A DNA stretch of 64,000 nucleotides from Thermoanaerobaculia bacterium (GTDB taxonomy: Bacteria > Acidobacteriota > Thermoanaerobaculia > UBA5066): NCBI GenBank assembly GCA_963719225.1, contig CAVRAY010000001.1, forward strand, positions 448,001 through 512,000. The letters run 5' to 3'. The position numbers and the translations under genes were made by a program. This document shows, piece by piece, positions 8,708 to 18,900 of this stretch; the stretch's first letter is position 1, and each line of letters opens with the position of its first letter. Below the pieces are notes generated by a model. It saw nothing but the letters and a program-made list of their open reading frames with translations, was not told the DNA's origin and did no database searches.

Positions 8708-10231
8708 ATGACTTCCATAGGCGGTCGCCGCCGCATGTCTCTTCGCCTCGCCATCCTCGCGCTTTCTCTGGGGCGGGTCCCGGCGGCCCGCGCGGCGGAG
8801 TTCTTCGTCTCGCCGACGGGGACTCCGGGCGAGAGCCCGGAAGCGGGTACGCGGGCGCACCCGTGGGATCTCGCGACCGCGCTCGCGCACCCTTCCGCCG
8901 TGAAGGGAGGCGACACGATCTGGCTTCGCGGCGGAACCTACGTGGGCCGGTTCGAAAGCGCGCTCGCCGGATCCGTCGACGCTCCGATCGTGGTCCGGCA
9001 GGCACCGGGTGAGCGCGCGCGCATCGACGGCGGCCCGGGCCCGCTCGAGGCGACTCTCACGATCGGCGGCCAGTACACGTGGTACTGGGGCTTCGAGGTC
9101 TTTTCCTCCGGAGGGCGGCGGACCTCATCCGAGGACGGCTCCGCCCCCGGAGATCTGAACCGCGGCTCCTGCATCGGCGGAGCGCAGGATCGACCCCACC
9201 CCGGCATCCGGCTCGTCAATCTCGTCCTCCACGACGGGACGGACGCGATCGGCTTTTTCGAAGCCGAGGAGGATGCGGAGATTCACGGGAACCTCATCTA
9301 CAACAACGGCTGGGACGGCGCCACGGACCGCGGGCACGGAAACGGGATGTACATCCAGAACCGTACCGGGAAAAAGAGGATCACCGACAACATCGTCTTC
9401 GGCCAGTATGAGCAGGGGCTGCAGATCTACGGCTCGGACGCGGCGTATCTGGACAACATCGAGGTCATCGGCAACTCCATCTTCGAGAACGGCGCTCCTT
9501 CGGCATACGGGCGGTCGCGCAACCTCCTCTTCGGAGGCGGCCGGATCGCACACGACGGGCGAATCGAATCGAACGTGACGTATCACGCCGACTCGCCCGA
9601 GGGCTCCGTGACGACCGGCGTGAGCCTCGGGTACGACGCCGGGATCTCGCGCTTCACGATCCTGAACAACTGGTTCACCGCCGGGGGCGGGCTCTTCTCG
9701 TGCGATTTCAGCGGGGCGATCGACCAGCTCACGATGACGGGAAACGACTTCGTCCGCGGCGTCGACGGGATCGACCTTTCTGCCTATCCGAACAACGTCT
9801 ACCACGGCGACGTCAAACCGACGGGATCGAACGTCTTCGTGCGTGAGAACGCCTACGAACCGGGTCGCGCGAACATCACGGTCCTGAACTGGGACCGGCT
9901 CCCGTTCGTCGACGTGGACGTTTCCGGCGTCCTCGCTCCCGGGTCGGCGTTCGAGATCCGGAACGCCCAGGATTTCTTTTCGCCGCCCGTCGTGGCCGGC
10001 GTCTTCAGCGGAGGGATCATTCGGGTTCCGTTGTCGGGACTGACGGCCGCGAGCCCGACCGGCGCGTCGCGTGCCGCCGTGCCGACCGGTCCCGAGTTCA
10101 ACGTGTTCATCCTCTTGCCGTACCGCCTCCCGTGCACGTTCGACGACGGCGCCTTGCGCGCCGGCACGCCGCCGCGCTGCGGCGCGACGGCCACGGGAGG
10201 GACGGTTGTCACTCACCGCCCCGCGCGCTGA
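8708..10231 (+). CDS. Secreted beta-helix protein (paralogue 3), no GYF domain
   Basis: Signal peptide followed by the same core (GDTIWLRGGTY, NNGWDGATDRGHGNGMYIQN, TGPEFNVF). The start may be MSLRL at 8735. Confidence 0.85.
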   Translation: MTSIGGRRRMSLRLAILALSLGRVPAARAAEFFVSPTGTPGESPEAGTRAHPWDLATALAHPSAVKGGDTIWLRGGTYVGRFESALAGSVDAPIVVRQAPGERARIDGGPGPLEATLTIGGQYTWYWGFEVFSSGGRRTSSEDGSAPGDLNRGSCIGGAQDRPHPGIRLVNLVLHDGTDAIGFFEAEEDAEIHGNLIYNNGWDGATDRGHGNGMYIQNRTGKKRITDNIVFGQYEQGLQIYGSDAAYLDNIEVIGNSIFENGAPSAYGRSRNLLFGGGRIAHDGRIESNVTYHADSPEGSVTTGVSLGYDAGISRFTILNNWFTAGGGLFSCDFSGAIDQLTMTGNDFVRGVDGIDLSAYPNNVYHGDVKPTGSNVFVRENAYEPGRANITVLNWDRLPFVDVDVSGVLAPGSAFEIRNAQDFFSPPVVAGVFSGGIIRVPLSGLTAASPTGASRAAVPTGPEFNVFILLPYRLPCTFDDGALRAGTPPRCGATATGGTVVTHRPAR

Positions 10232-10253
10232 CGCCTGGTTCCCCTGCGTCCCC

Positions 10254-11729
10254 ATGCGGTGGGCCTTCGCCGCCGCCCTCGTCGCGGCGGCTCCCCTCCT
10301 CGCCGCCGAGTTCCACGTTTCGCCCTCCGGGACTCCTGCGGGCGACGGCTCGGCGCGGCGACCGTGGAACCTCGCGACGGCTTTCGCGTCCCCGCCGACC
10401 GTCCGGCCGGGCGACGTGATCTGGCTGCACGGAGGCACTTATCGCGGGCGGTTTCAGAGCGTTCTTCGGGGGACCGCGCAGGCTCCGATCGTCGTGCGGG
10501 GCTTTCCCGGAGAGCGGGCGACGCTCGACGGCGGCTCGGGCCCGATGGCCACGATTCTCTATGTCGGCGGCGGCTTCACCTGGTACCAGGGCTTCGAGAT
10601 CACGGACTCGGACCCGAAGCGCGCGTCCACGGAAAGCGGGTCGGAGCCGGCGGACGTCCGCCGGTCGAGCTGCATCGGCGTCACGCAGGACGGGCCTCAC
10701 GAGGGAATCCGCCTCATCAACCTCCTGCTGCACGACGGGGCGAACGGAATCGGCGCATTCAAGGACGCGCGCAATCTCGAGATCTACGGAAACCTCGTCT
10801 ACAACAACGGCTGGGACGGGCCGGACCGCGGTCACGGACACGGGATCTACGCGCAGAACGAGACGGGGACGATGCGGATCGAGGACAACGTCGTCTTCGA
10901 CCAGTTCGGGGCGGGCATCCACGTCTACGGATCGGAGGCCGCGACCCTCGACAACTTCTGGATCGTGGGGAACGTGGTTTTCGGCAACGGCGTTCCGAGC
11001 CGCCACGGCTTCTCACGGAACCTGCTCCTGGGCGGTGGCCGCGTCGCGAGGAATGCACGCGTCGAATCAAACATCTTCTACCTCCCGCCGTCCGGCGGCC
11101 GCGAGACGGGCGGCGGGGCGAACCTCGGCTACCACGCCGGTCTCGAAGGAGCTGTCGTGCGCGACAACTGGTTCGCGAACGGCGACGGCGGGATCTCCCT
11201 TTACCTCGTCCGCGCTCACGGCGTCGAGATGACCGGGAACCGGTTCGTGCAACCGGTCTCGGGCTTCGCCGAAACCGCTTTTCCCAGGAATCGGTATTAC
11301 CGCGAGAAAGAGAGGCCGACGGGGACGTACCTCGTCGTTCGTCCGAACCGGTACGAGAAAGGGCGCGGGCACGTCGTCGTCCTCAACTGGGACCACAAGC
11401 CGTCGGTCGATGCGAAGCTCGGATCGCTCCTTCTGCCGGGAACTCCTTTCGAGGTCCGGAACGCGCAGGATTTTTTCGGAAAGCCGGTCGCGTCGGGAGT
11501 CTTCGACGGCTCTCCGGTCCGTCTTCCGATGACAGGGCTGGCCGCCGTTCCTCCGATCGGATCGACGAGAGCCGTCGCCTCGACGGGCCCGGAGTTCGCC
11601 GTGTTCGTCGTGCTGCCGAGAGTGGAGGCAAAAGAGGAGTCCAAAGCGAAGGCCCCGCCTCCCTCTCACCCGATCACGCCGCGCCCTCCGGCCAGTCGCA
11701 CGTCACGACGCGCGACGGCCGCGCCGTGA
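10254..11729 (+). CDS. Secreted beta-helix protein (paralogue 4), no GYF domain
   Basis: ATG 10254 (MRWAFAAALVAAAPLLAAEFHVSP), with the same core motifs (GDVIWLHGGTY, GHGHGIYAQN, TGPEFAVF). Confidence 0.85.
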   Translation: MRWAFAAALVAAAPLLAAEFHVSPSGTPAGDGSARRPWNLATAFASPPTVRPGDVIWLHGGTYRGRFQSVLRGTAQAPIVVRGFPGERATLDGGSGPMATILYVGGGFTWYQGFEITDSDPKRASTESGSEPADVRRSSCIGVTQDGPHEGIRLINLLLHDGANGIGAFKDARNLEIYGNLVYNNGWDGPDRGHGHGIYAQNETGTMRIEDNVVFDQFGAGIHVYGSEAATLDNFWIVGNVVFGNGVPSRHGFSRNLLLGGGRVARNARVESNIFYLPPSGGRETGGGANLGYHAGLEGAVVRDNWFANGDGGISLYLVRAHGVEMTGNRFVQPVSGFAETAFPRNRYYREKERPTGTYLVVRPNRYEKGRGHVVVLNWDHKPSVDAKLGSLLLPGTPFEVRNAQDFFGKPVASGVFDGSPVRLPMTGLAAVPPIGSTRAVASTGPEFAVFVVLPRVEAKEESKAKAPPPSHPITPRPPASRTSRRATAAP

Positions 11730-12477
11730 CGACCGCGCCCGCGTAGCCGGCTGCCGGCGCGAGATCGCGCAGGTACCAGTGCGCCCCCTCGGTCGATCCC
11801 TCGACCTCCTCTCGCGGGTCGCCGGACTCGGTGGTCGTCGAGAAGGCTTCGAGAGGCGCGGAAAGGCCCGCGCCGTGAGCTTTCAGGAAGGCCTCCTTGC
11901 GCGTCCAGATCCGGAAGAAGGTCTCGACTCGAACGGCGGCCTTCGCCGCGTGAACTGCCGCGATTTCGGAAGGCGCGAAGAAGCGCCGGGCGAGCTCCGC
12001 GATCTCGACGCCATCCCGGACCAGCTCCACGTCGACGCCGACCGGACAGACGGCAAACGCGAGGAGGATGACGCCTCCGGAGTGGGCCACGTTGAAGTCG
12101 AGCGCGGGATCGGCAGACCCGCGCGCGAGAGCCGGCTTCCCGTGCGGCCCCGTCGTGAAACGCAGGGCCGCGGGCGTCGAGCCGACGTACCGCGCGAGGA
12201 GCTTCCGGAGAGCCGTGCGCGAGACGAGAGAACGGGTCCGATCCTCCGGGCGATGAAAACGCCCCGCGCGGGCGCGCTCCTCCCCCGAGAGGACGCCGGC
12301 GTCCGCCGGGCCGCCCTCGGGGCCCAGGAGCACCCGAAAGACGCGAACCTCTCCGGGAACGAGCTGTGGCGTCAGGCGGCGTCTCTCGAGGGAAGCGATC
12401 CACGTGTCATCGGGGCGCGCGACCCAGGACTTTCCCGAGGAGCGCCGCGGGCCGCGCGACACGCTCGACCCCCCCAC
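11674..12477 (-). CDS. Sfp-type 4'-phosphopantetheinyl transferase (start uncertain)
   Basis: Motifs GPHGKP, FNVAHSG, VGVDVE and FFRIWTRKEAFLKA. Last gene of the NRPS operon. Confidence 0.9.
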   Translation of the reverse strand: MGGSSVSRGPRRSSGKSWVARPDDTWIASLERRRLTPQLVPGEVRVFRVLLGPEGGPADAGVLSGEERARAGRFHRPEDRTRSLVSRTALRKLLARYVGSTPAALRFTTGPHGKPALARGSADPALDFNVAHSGGVILLAFAVCPVGVDVELVRDGVEIAELARRFFAPSEIAAVHAAKAAVRVETFFRIWTRKEAFLKAHGAGLSAPLEAFSTTTESGDPREEVEGSTEGAHWYLRDLAPAAGYAGAVVTARPSRVVTCDWPEGAA

Positions 12478-13390
12478 GCAGGAGGTCGTTCTTGCTCTGC
12501 GGGTGCCGGCGGGCGCGGGAGGAGACGAAGGCGCGCTTGAGGCCGTCCCTCCAGGCCGAACGTCCCGGAGGCGTTGGCGAAAAGCCGAGGGACCTCAGGT
12601 AGTGATTCACCTGATAGACGGGCGCCTCGCGGTCCCAGACGCGGAGGCACGAGAGGATGCTGAAGGAGACCGAGTACTCGTCGCCGTTTCGCACCCAGTG
12701 CGGCGCACGCGGCGGCTGGTGAACGCCGAGGCCGGGTCGCAGGTGGTAGACGTCGGCACGCGGCTGAGCCTCATCGCGATACCGTGCCGAGCTGAGGTCG
12801 CCGAGGTAATACTGCTCGATCTCCTCGTCGGTGAGCTCGGCGCGATCGAAGATGTTGTACGTCTTCTCGCCGTGGATCTGCATGAGGAACGTGGATTCGT
12901 GGTCGAAATGGTACGGCGTGATCGAGTGTGGAGACGCGATGAAGATATACGCGTCCGGCCAGGACACGTCGCGTTCGACGTCGAGGCCCGCGAGCTCTCC
13001 GAGGTCGCGATAGCCCTGGTCCATCAGCTCCTTGTACTCGGGATCGAGGAAGACGTTCTTCAGCATGAGCCAGGCGCCGGACTCGGGGAGCTCCCGGATC
13101 GCCTTGACGAGCGACATGGGCTTGCCGGGCATGTCCGTCCAGCCGCCTCCGACGGAGGTTTGCCCGGACTTCATCGTCACGAGGCCCTTGCCTGTTCCCC
13201 AGAGCTTCATCGCGAGCTCGGCGATGCGGGGGAGCTCGAACAGGGGATGCTCCCCGAGCGTGTGCCGGTACTCGAACGACTTCCTGTTGAACCGCTCGCG
13301 GAAGAGACCGGGCTCGCCTTCGAAGACCCGCGACGGACCGGCCGGCGCGGAGGAAGAAGAGGCAGGCGGAACGGGTTCGGCAGCGGACAT
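12407..13390 (-). CDS. JmjC/cupin-like Fe(II)/2-oxoglutarate oxygenase
   Basis: TPYHFDHE (HxD) ... LRPGLGVHQP...PHWVRN (distal His). The start lies 1 bp after the NRPS stop. Confidence 0.75.
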   Translation of the reverse strand: MSAAEPVPPASSSSAPAGPSRVFEGEPGLFRERFNRKSFEYRHTLGEHPLFELPRIAELAMKLWGTGKGLVTMKSGQTSVGGGWTDMPGKPMSLVKAIRELPESGAWLMLKNVFLDPEYKELMDQGYRDLGELAGLDVERDVSWPDAYIFIASPHSITPYHFDHESTFLMQIHGEKTYNIFDRAELTDEEIEQYYLGDLSSARYRDEAQPRADVYHLRPGLGVHQPPRAPHWVRNGDEYSVSFSILSCLRVWDREAPVYQVNHYLRSLGFSPTPPGRSAWRDGLKRAFVSSRARRHPQSKNDLLRGGVERVARPAALLGKVLGRAPR

Positions 13391-13391
13391 G

Positions 13392-15920
13392 TCACCTCCC
13401 GCCCGGCGGGACGGCCCGGCCGGCTTTTCGATGCGCGGCTTCGAGGCAGCGCGCGAGCTGCTGCGCGAGGGCGCTCACACGCGGCTCGTAGACGATGGCG
13501 CCGTGGTGCCCCGGGACCTCGTAGACCTCGAGCCCGCCCTCGGCGATCCGCGTCCAGCCGAGCTCCGGGTCCGGCTGGATGTGCGCCCCCTGCTTGGAAG
13601 CGCGGAAGAGCGTGATCCGCGACGGATACGGCCGGGGCACGTAGCGCTTCGTCGCCTCCCGGGTCTCGCCCTCGATCTTCCTGAGGACCTTCGGGAGCGG
13701 CTGCGCCACATGCTCCGTGAACTCCCGGAGTCGGCCGAGGCGCTTCTTCGTGTTCTTGATCGCGTTGTTCTTGACGCGGATCGACTTCGTGACGATGTAG
13801 CGGAGCTTCTCGCGGGGTCCGTCCGCGACGAGAAAGTTGCCGACGTGGAGATCGACGCGCTCGACGAGCTTCTTGACCTTGAGGCGCGTCCCGGTCATGC
13901 CCGGAACGTAGACCGGGTAGTCGGGCCCCCACGTGTCGAAGAGCGCGAGGACGCCGACCGTCTGGTTCTGTTCGACGAGCTGCCGGGCCATCTCGAACGC
14001 GATCATGCCGCCGAAGGACGTCCCGCCGAGGTAATAGGGGCCCTCGGGCTGGAACTCGCAGATCTCCTCGATGTAGTCGCGCGCCATCTCCTCGAGCGTC
14101 TCGTGGGGCGCCTGCTTGCCGTCGAGCCCTCGCGCCTGCAGTCCGTAAACGGGCTGGTCGTTTCCGAGATGGCGTGCGAGATCGAGGTACGTGAGGACGT
14201 TGCCGCCGGCGGCATGCACGCAGTAGAAGGGCGGTCTCGTCCCGTCCGGCTGGATCGGCACGAGCGACGACCACGACGCCGACCACGTCTTGTCGCGCAG
14301 CAGGGCCGCGAGCTCGGCGATCGTCGGCGCCTGGACGAGAGTCGCGAGCGGAAGCTCCTTGCCGAACTGCTTGCCGACCTCCGTCATGATCCCGACGGCC
14401 ATGAGCGAGTGGCCGCCGAGCTCGAAGTAATTGTCGCGGATGCCGATGGGCGACGTGCCGAAGACCTTCTCCCAGATCGCGACGAGCTTCCGCTCGGCGT
14501 CGTCCGTCGGCGCGACGAGCGCGGGGAGGACCGCGGGGATCGGCCGCTCTCCCGAAACCGGCGCCTTCCGTGCGGACGTCTCGATCTTCACGTCCGCGAG
14601 CAGGGCGTCGGGCGTCGTCGCGATCGCGCGAAGGAGCGTCTCGTAGTCCTTCAGGAAACGCGACATCGTCGAGGAGTCGAAGAGATCCGCGTTGTACTCG
14701 AGCTGCAGGCGCTGGCCTTCCGCGCGCTCGACGACGGACTGCATGAGCTCGAAGGCCGAGCCCGGGCTGACGGAGCGGCGCGGCGTCAGCGTGAGGCCTC
14801 CCGGCAGGGCGACGGGCTGCATGAAGGCGCTCTGATAGATGAACATCACGCGCGGCGCATAGGGCACCTTCCTGAGCGTCGTCTCCTGCCACTCGATGAG
14901 CTTCTCGAACGGAAGCTCGGCGAAGCTGAACGCGGCGAGCGCGAGCTCGCGCACCCTCACGACGAGGCCGCGGAGGGTCGGCGATCCGGTCAGGTCGGCG
15001 CGCAGGAGGAGCGGGTTTGCGAACGGACCGATCAACCCCTCCGTCTCGACGTGCTGGCGGTTCGCGGCAGGCGAGCTCACGAGGACGTCGTCCTGTCCGG
15101 ACCAGCGCGAAAGCAACGCGACGAAGGCCGCGAAAAAGAGCATGAACGGCGTCGCGTCCACCTGACGCCCGAAGGCCTTGAGGGCGTCGGAGAGCGGCTT
15201 GTCGAGGAGGAGCGATTCGATGACGCCCGCGGAGGCGATCCCGGGACGCCGCGGCCGGTCGGTCGGAAGCTCGAGCGGCGGAAGGGTGCCGGCGAGCTTT
15301 TCGCGCCAGTAATCGAAGGCCTCCTCGAACTTCTCTCCGCTCAGCCATTCCTGCTGCCAGCTCGCGAAGTCCGCGAACTGGATCGTGAGCTCTTTCAGCC
15401 TGGACGCGTCGCCTTCGACCGCCGCGCGATAGAGCTCCCCGAGCTCGCGGACGAGGATGCCGTTCGACCAGCCGTCGCACACGATGTGGTGCATCGTGAC
15501 GAGGAGGACGTGGTCGATCGCGGCGCGCGTGACGAGCGTCGCCCTCAGGAGAGGCCCGCACGCGAGAGTGAACGGCCGGCGCGCCTCCTCGAGGACGAGC
15601 TCCTCGGTGCCCAGGTCGCGCTCGGCGGCGGGCAGGGAGCTCACGTCGACGACGCGGAGACTCACCGTCGCCTGCGGTTTGACGATCTGCATGACGTCGG
15701 GGCCCACCCGGTCGAAGCTCGCGCGAAGGATCTCGTGGCGGGCCGCGAGGTCGGAGAGCGCACGTTCGAGGGCGGGGACCTCGAGCGGCCCCTCGAGGCG
15801 AAACGCGAGCGGCATGTTGAGAGCGGGATTCCCGGGGACGAGCTGGTCGAGCTGCCAGTAGCGCTTCTGCGCGAGAGAGGTCGGCAGCAGGAAGACGTCG
15901 TCGTTGAGGAGCGCGCTCAT
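13392..15920 (-). CDS. NRPS termination protein C-T-TE with no adenylation domain
   Basis: Real part of ORF 13392..18269, from MSALLNDDVFLLPTSLAQKRYW. Motifs: C HHIVCDGWS, T FELGGHSL, TE GGTSFGG with a late PGHHG. Confidence 0.9.
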   Translation of the reverse strand: MSALLNDDVFLLPTSLAQKRYWQLDQLVPGNPALNMPLAFRLEGPLEVPALERALSDLAARHEILRASFDRVGPDVMQIVKPQATVSLRVVDVSSLPAAERDLGTEELVLEEARRPFTLACGPLLRATLVTRAAIDHVLLVTMHHIVCDGWSNGILVRELGELYRAAVEGDASRLKELTIQFADFASWQQEWLSGEKFEEAFDYWREKLAGTLPPLELPTDRPRRPGIASAGVIESLLLDKPLSDALKAFGRQVDATPFMLFFAAFVALLSRWSGQDDVLVSSPAANRQHVETEGLIGPFANPLLLRADLTGSPTLRGLVVRVRELALAAFSFAELPFEKLIEWQETTLRKVPYAPRVMFIYQSAFMQPVALPGGLTLTPRRSVSPGSAFELMQSVVERAEGQRLQLEYNADLFDSSTMSRFLKDYETLLRAIATTPDALLADVKIETSARKAPVSGERPIPAVLPALVAPTDDAERKLVAIWEKVFGTSPIGIRDNYFELGGHSLMAVGIMTEVGKQFGKELPLATLVQAPTIAELAALLRDKTWSASWSSLVPIQPDGTRPPFYCVHAAGGNVLTYLDLARHLGNDQPVYGLQARGLDGKQAPHETLEEMARDYIEEICEFQPEGPYYLGGTSFGGMIAFEMARQLVEQNQTVGVLALFDTWGPDYPVYVPGMTGTRLKVKKLVERVDLHVGNFLVADGPREKLRYIVTKSIRVKNNAIKNTKKRLGRLREFTEHVAQPLPKVLRKIEGETREATKRYVPRPYPSRITLFRASKQGAHIQPDPELGWTRIAEGGLEVYEVPGHHGAIVYEPRVSALAQQLARCLEAAHRKAGRAVPPGGR

Positions 15921-15934
15921 GGCGATCGTCGAGA

Positions 15935-18900
15935 TTATGTCCCGGCGCGCGCCGGCGGAGTGCCGGCGTCCGCTGGCCGCCTCGTGATCTGCCGTGGAAT
16001 CGCCTTGAGAGTCGGGCCATGAGCCGCGTGCTTCGCCGGCGAACCCGCGGCCTTCGCGAGAGCCGCCACGGTGCGAAGCTGGAACACCTGGCGCGGGGAG
16101 ACCTGCACGCCCGCCTGATGCGCGCGCGTCGTGATTTGAAAGACGAGGAGGGAGTCGGCCCCGAGGTCGAACACGCTGTCCTCGACGCTGACCTTCTCGA
16201 GGCGCAGGACTTCGCCGAAGATGCCCGCGAGCGTCCGCTCGGCGTCGGTCCGGGGAGCGACGAACCGGCCGGTGCCGGACGCCTCGGGATCGGGAGCGGG
16301 CAGGGCGCGGCGATCGAGCTTGCCGTTGGGCGTGCGGGGGAGCGCGGGGAGCGCCACGAAGGCGACGGGGACCATGTAGTCCGGCACGAGGTCTTCGAGA
16401 TGAGCCCGCAGCTTCGGTGTGAGGTCGCGCAGCGCGAAACCGCGGTTCGGAGCGTTCGCGTGCGGCGGGGCGGCGCCCGCTCCGGGAGAAGGCGCCGCGG
16501 GCAACGGGCTCCGCCGGTCGTGTCCGGAGGCAAGCGCGAAAACGTCGAAACGGGATCCGTCTCCCGAGGACGGCCAGAGCGCCTCGACGTCGCGGGACGA
16601 GTCCGCGAGCGCGAAAACGGCTTCGGGATCCACGCCGGGATCGCCCGCTGCGAGCGCATCCTTCAGGGCGGATGCCGTCGCCTCCGCCGGAGCGGCCTCG
16701 AGCAGCCGTGCGAATCGGACGGGGCCGGCGACGCGCGCGTTCGGAACTCCCGTCACGAGGACGGGGCCCCTCGAGACGTCGAGGACGGCCGCGAGAGCCT
16801 CGAGCGTACGCACCTCGGAGTCCCAGTGAAGCGTTCGCGGAGGCGCCGCGGCCGTGGGAACGGGTCCGGCGTGCAGGGTCACGTCGTAGTGAAACTGCGT
16901 CGTCTCGTTCCAGAGGCGGCCGCGCCTCACGCGGAACGTCGCACGAGAGAGCCGCGGGTCTTTCCCGACGAGTGCCAGGAAGAACGCGGGGTCGACGACC
17001 AGCTCGTTCTCCAGCGAGATGCGCTCCCGCACGCGCCTCTTCAGCTCGTGGGCGCTCGCCCCCTCCTCGGTGCGCGCGAGCTGCGCGGACGCGTGGAACG
17101 TCTCGAGGAGGGCGAAGCTCTGGACGTCGCCCACGAAGACGACGCCGCCGTCGGCGACCGCCCGCGCGGCGCCGTCGAGGACGCGGGCGAGATAGTCCGC
17201 GTCCGGAAAGTACTGCGCGACGGAGTTGATGACGACGGTGTCGAAGGTCCCGGCCGGGACGCCGTCGAGGTCGTCGGCGGCCCGGCAGAGGAGTCGCACG
17301 CGGCTCCTCGTCGACGCGTCCTCCGACTCGAGCCGGGCCTCGAGCGCCGCGATCGCGGTCTCGGAGAAGTCGAGGCCCCAGTACGCGTCGCAGGCGGGCG
17401 CGAGGCGCGTGAGGATCTGGCCCGTGCCGCAGCCGATCTCGAGGACGCGTTTCGGCGCGAGCTCGCGGATCCTCGTGACGCTCGCGTCGATCCACTCTTC
17501 GACTTCTTCCTTCGCGGTCGAACCCGTCCAACCGGTGATGACGGCGTCGATCGCGTCGAGGGACGTCTTCTTCGTTCCGTCTCCCTCGATCGCGGTCTTG
17601 AAGAGCACCTCCCACTGGGCGTGCCACTGCGCGGTCGCGGCGGAGGATCCGTCGCCGGCGGTCTCGCCGGCCTTCGACACGATGTAGGAGACGAGGCGCT
17701 TCTGCCCCGGCACGTCCTCCCTCACGACCGTGGCGCTCTCGCCGACGTCCGGGTGCCGGGCGAGAGCGGCATCGATCTCGCCGAGCTCGATCCGGAAGCC
17801 GCGCACCTTCACCTGATGATCGGTGCGGCCGAGGAACTCGAGCGTGTCGTCCGCGCGCATGCGCACGAGATCTCCCGTCCGGTAGAGGCGCGCTCGCGGC
17901 ACGCTGGAAAACGGATCCGGCACGAAGCGCTCGCGGGTCAGGTCCTCTCGCTCCCAGTAGCCGTCGGCGACGCCGGCGCCGCCGATGACGAGCTCGCCGG
18001 GAACGCCGACCGGAACAGGGTGCAGCCGCGCGTCGACGACGTAGAACTGTGTGTTCGCGATCGGACGGCCCAGCGGGATCGCGCCGGGACCTGGAGCGAC
18101 CCGGGCGACGCTCGACCAGATCGTCGTCTCGGTCGGGCCGTACATGTTCCAGAGCTCCGGTTCGCGCGCGAGGAGGTCGTTCGCGAGGTCCCGGGGCAGC
18201 GCCTCTCCTCCGCAGAGCATCTTGAGGGGCTTCCCTCCGGACCAGCCCGCCATGAGGAGGAGCCTCCACGTCGCGGGCGTCGCCTGCAGCACCGTCGCGT
18301 CCTTTCGCCCCAGGAGCGCGAGAAGGCGCGTGCCGTCCGAGGCATCCTCGCGCGTCGCGAGGATCACGCGCCCGCCGACGATGAGCGGCAGATAGAGCTC
18401 GAGGCCCGCGATGTCGAACGAGAGGGTCGTGACGGCCACGATCCCGTCCCGGGCCGTAAAGCCGGGCTCCTTCGCCATCGTCCTCAGGAAGTTCGCGACG
18501 GCGCCGTGGGGGACGGCGACGCCCTTGGGGCGCCCCGTCGAGCCCGACGTGAACATCACGTAGGCGAGGTCGGAGGGCGCGACGTCGGCGGGCCCCGCTT
18601 CAGAGGCCGCGTCGATGAGCGCCGCGTCGGTGTCGAGGCGGACGACGGCCGCGCCGTGCCGGGGCAGGTCCTCTTCGAGTGAGCTCTGGGTGACGAGCAG
18701 CTTCGGGTGCGCATCCTCGAGGATGAGCGCGAGACGTTCCTTCGGGAACGCCGGGTCCAGCGGGACGTAGGCCGCGCCCGTCCTGAGGATCCCGAGGAGC
18801 GCCACGACCATGTCGGCCGACCGCTCGACCGAGAGACCCACGAGAGAGCCGGGCCCGGCTCCCCGCGTCGCGAGGAATCCCGCGAGCCGCGCGGCTCGGG

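Noticed and set aside
11674-11729. 56-bp convergent overlap between beta-helix paralogue 4 and the PPTase
   Set aside because: Tail-to-tail overlaps are common in GC-rich genomes with few stop codons, and the overlapping tail is low-complexity.
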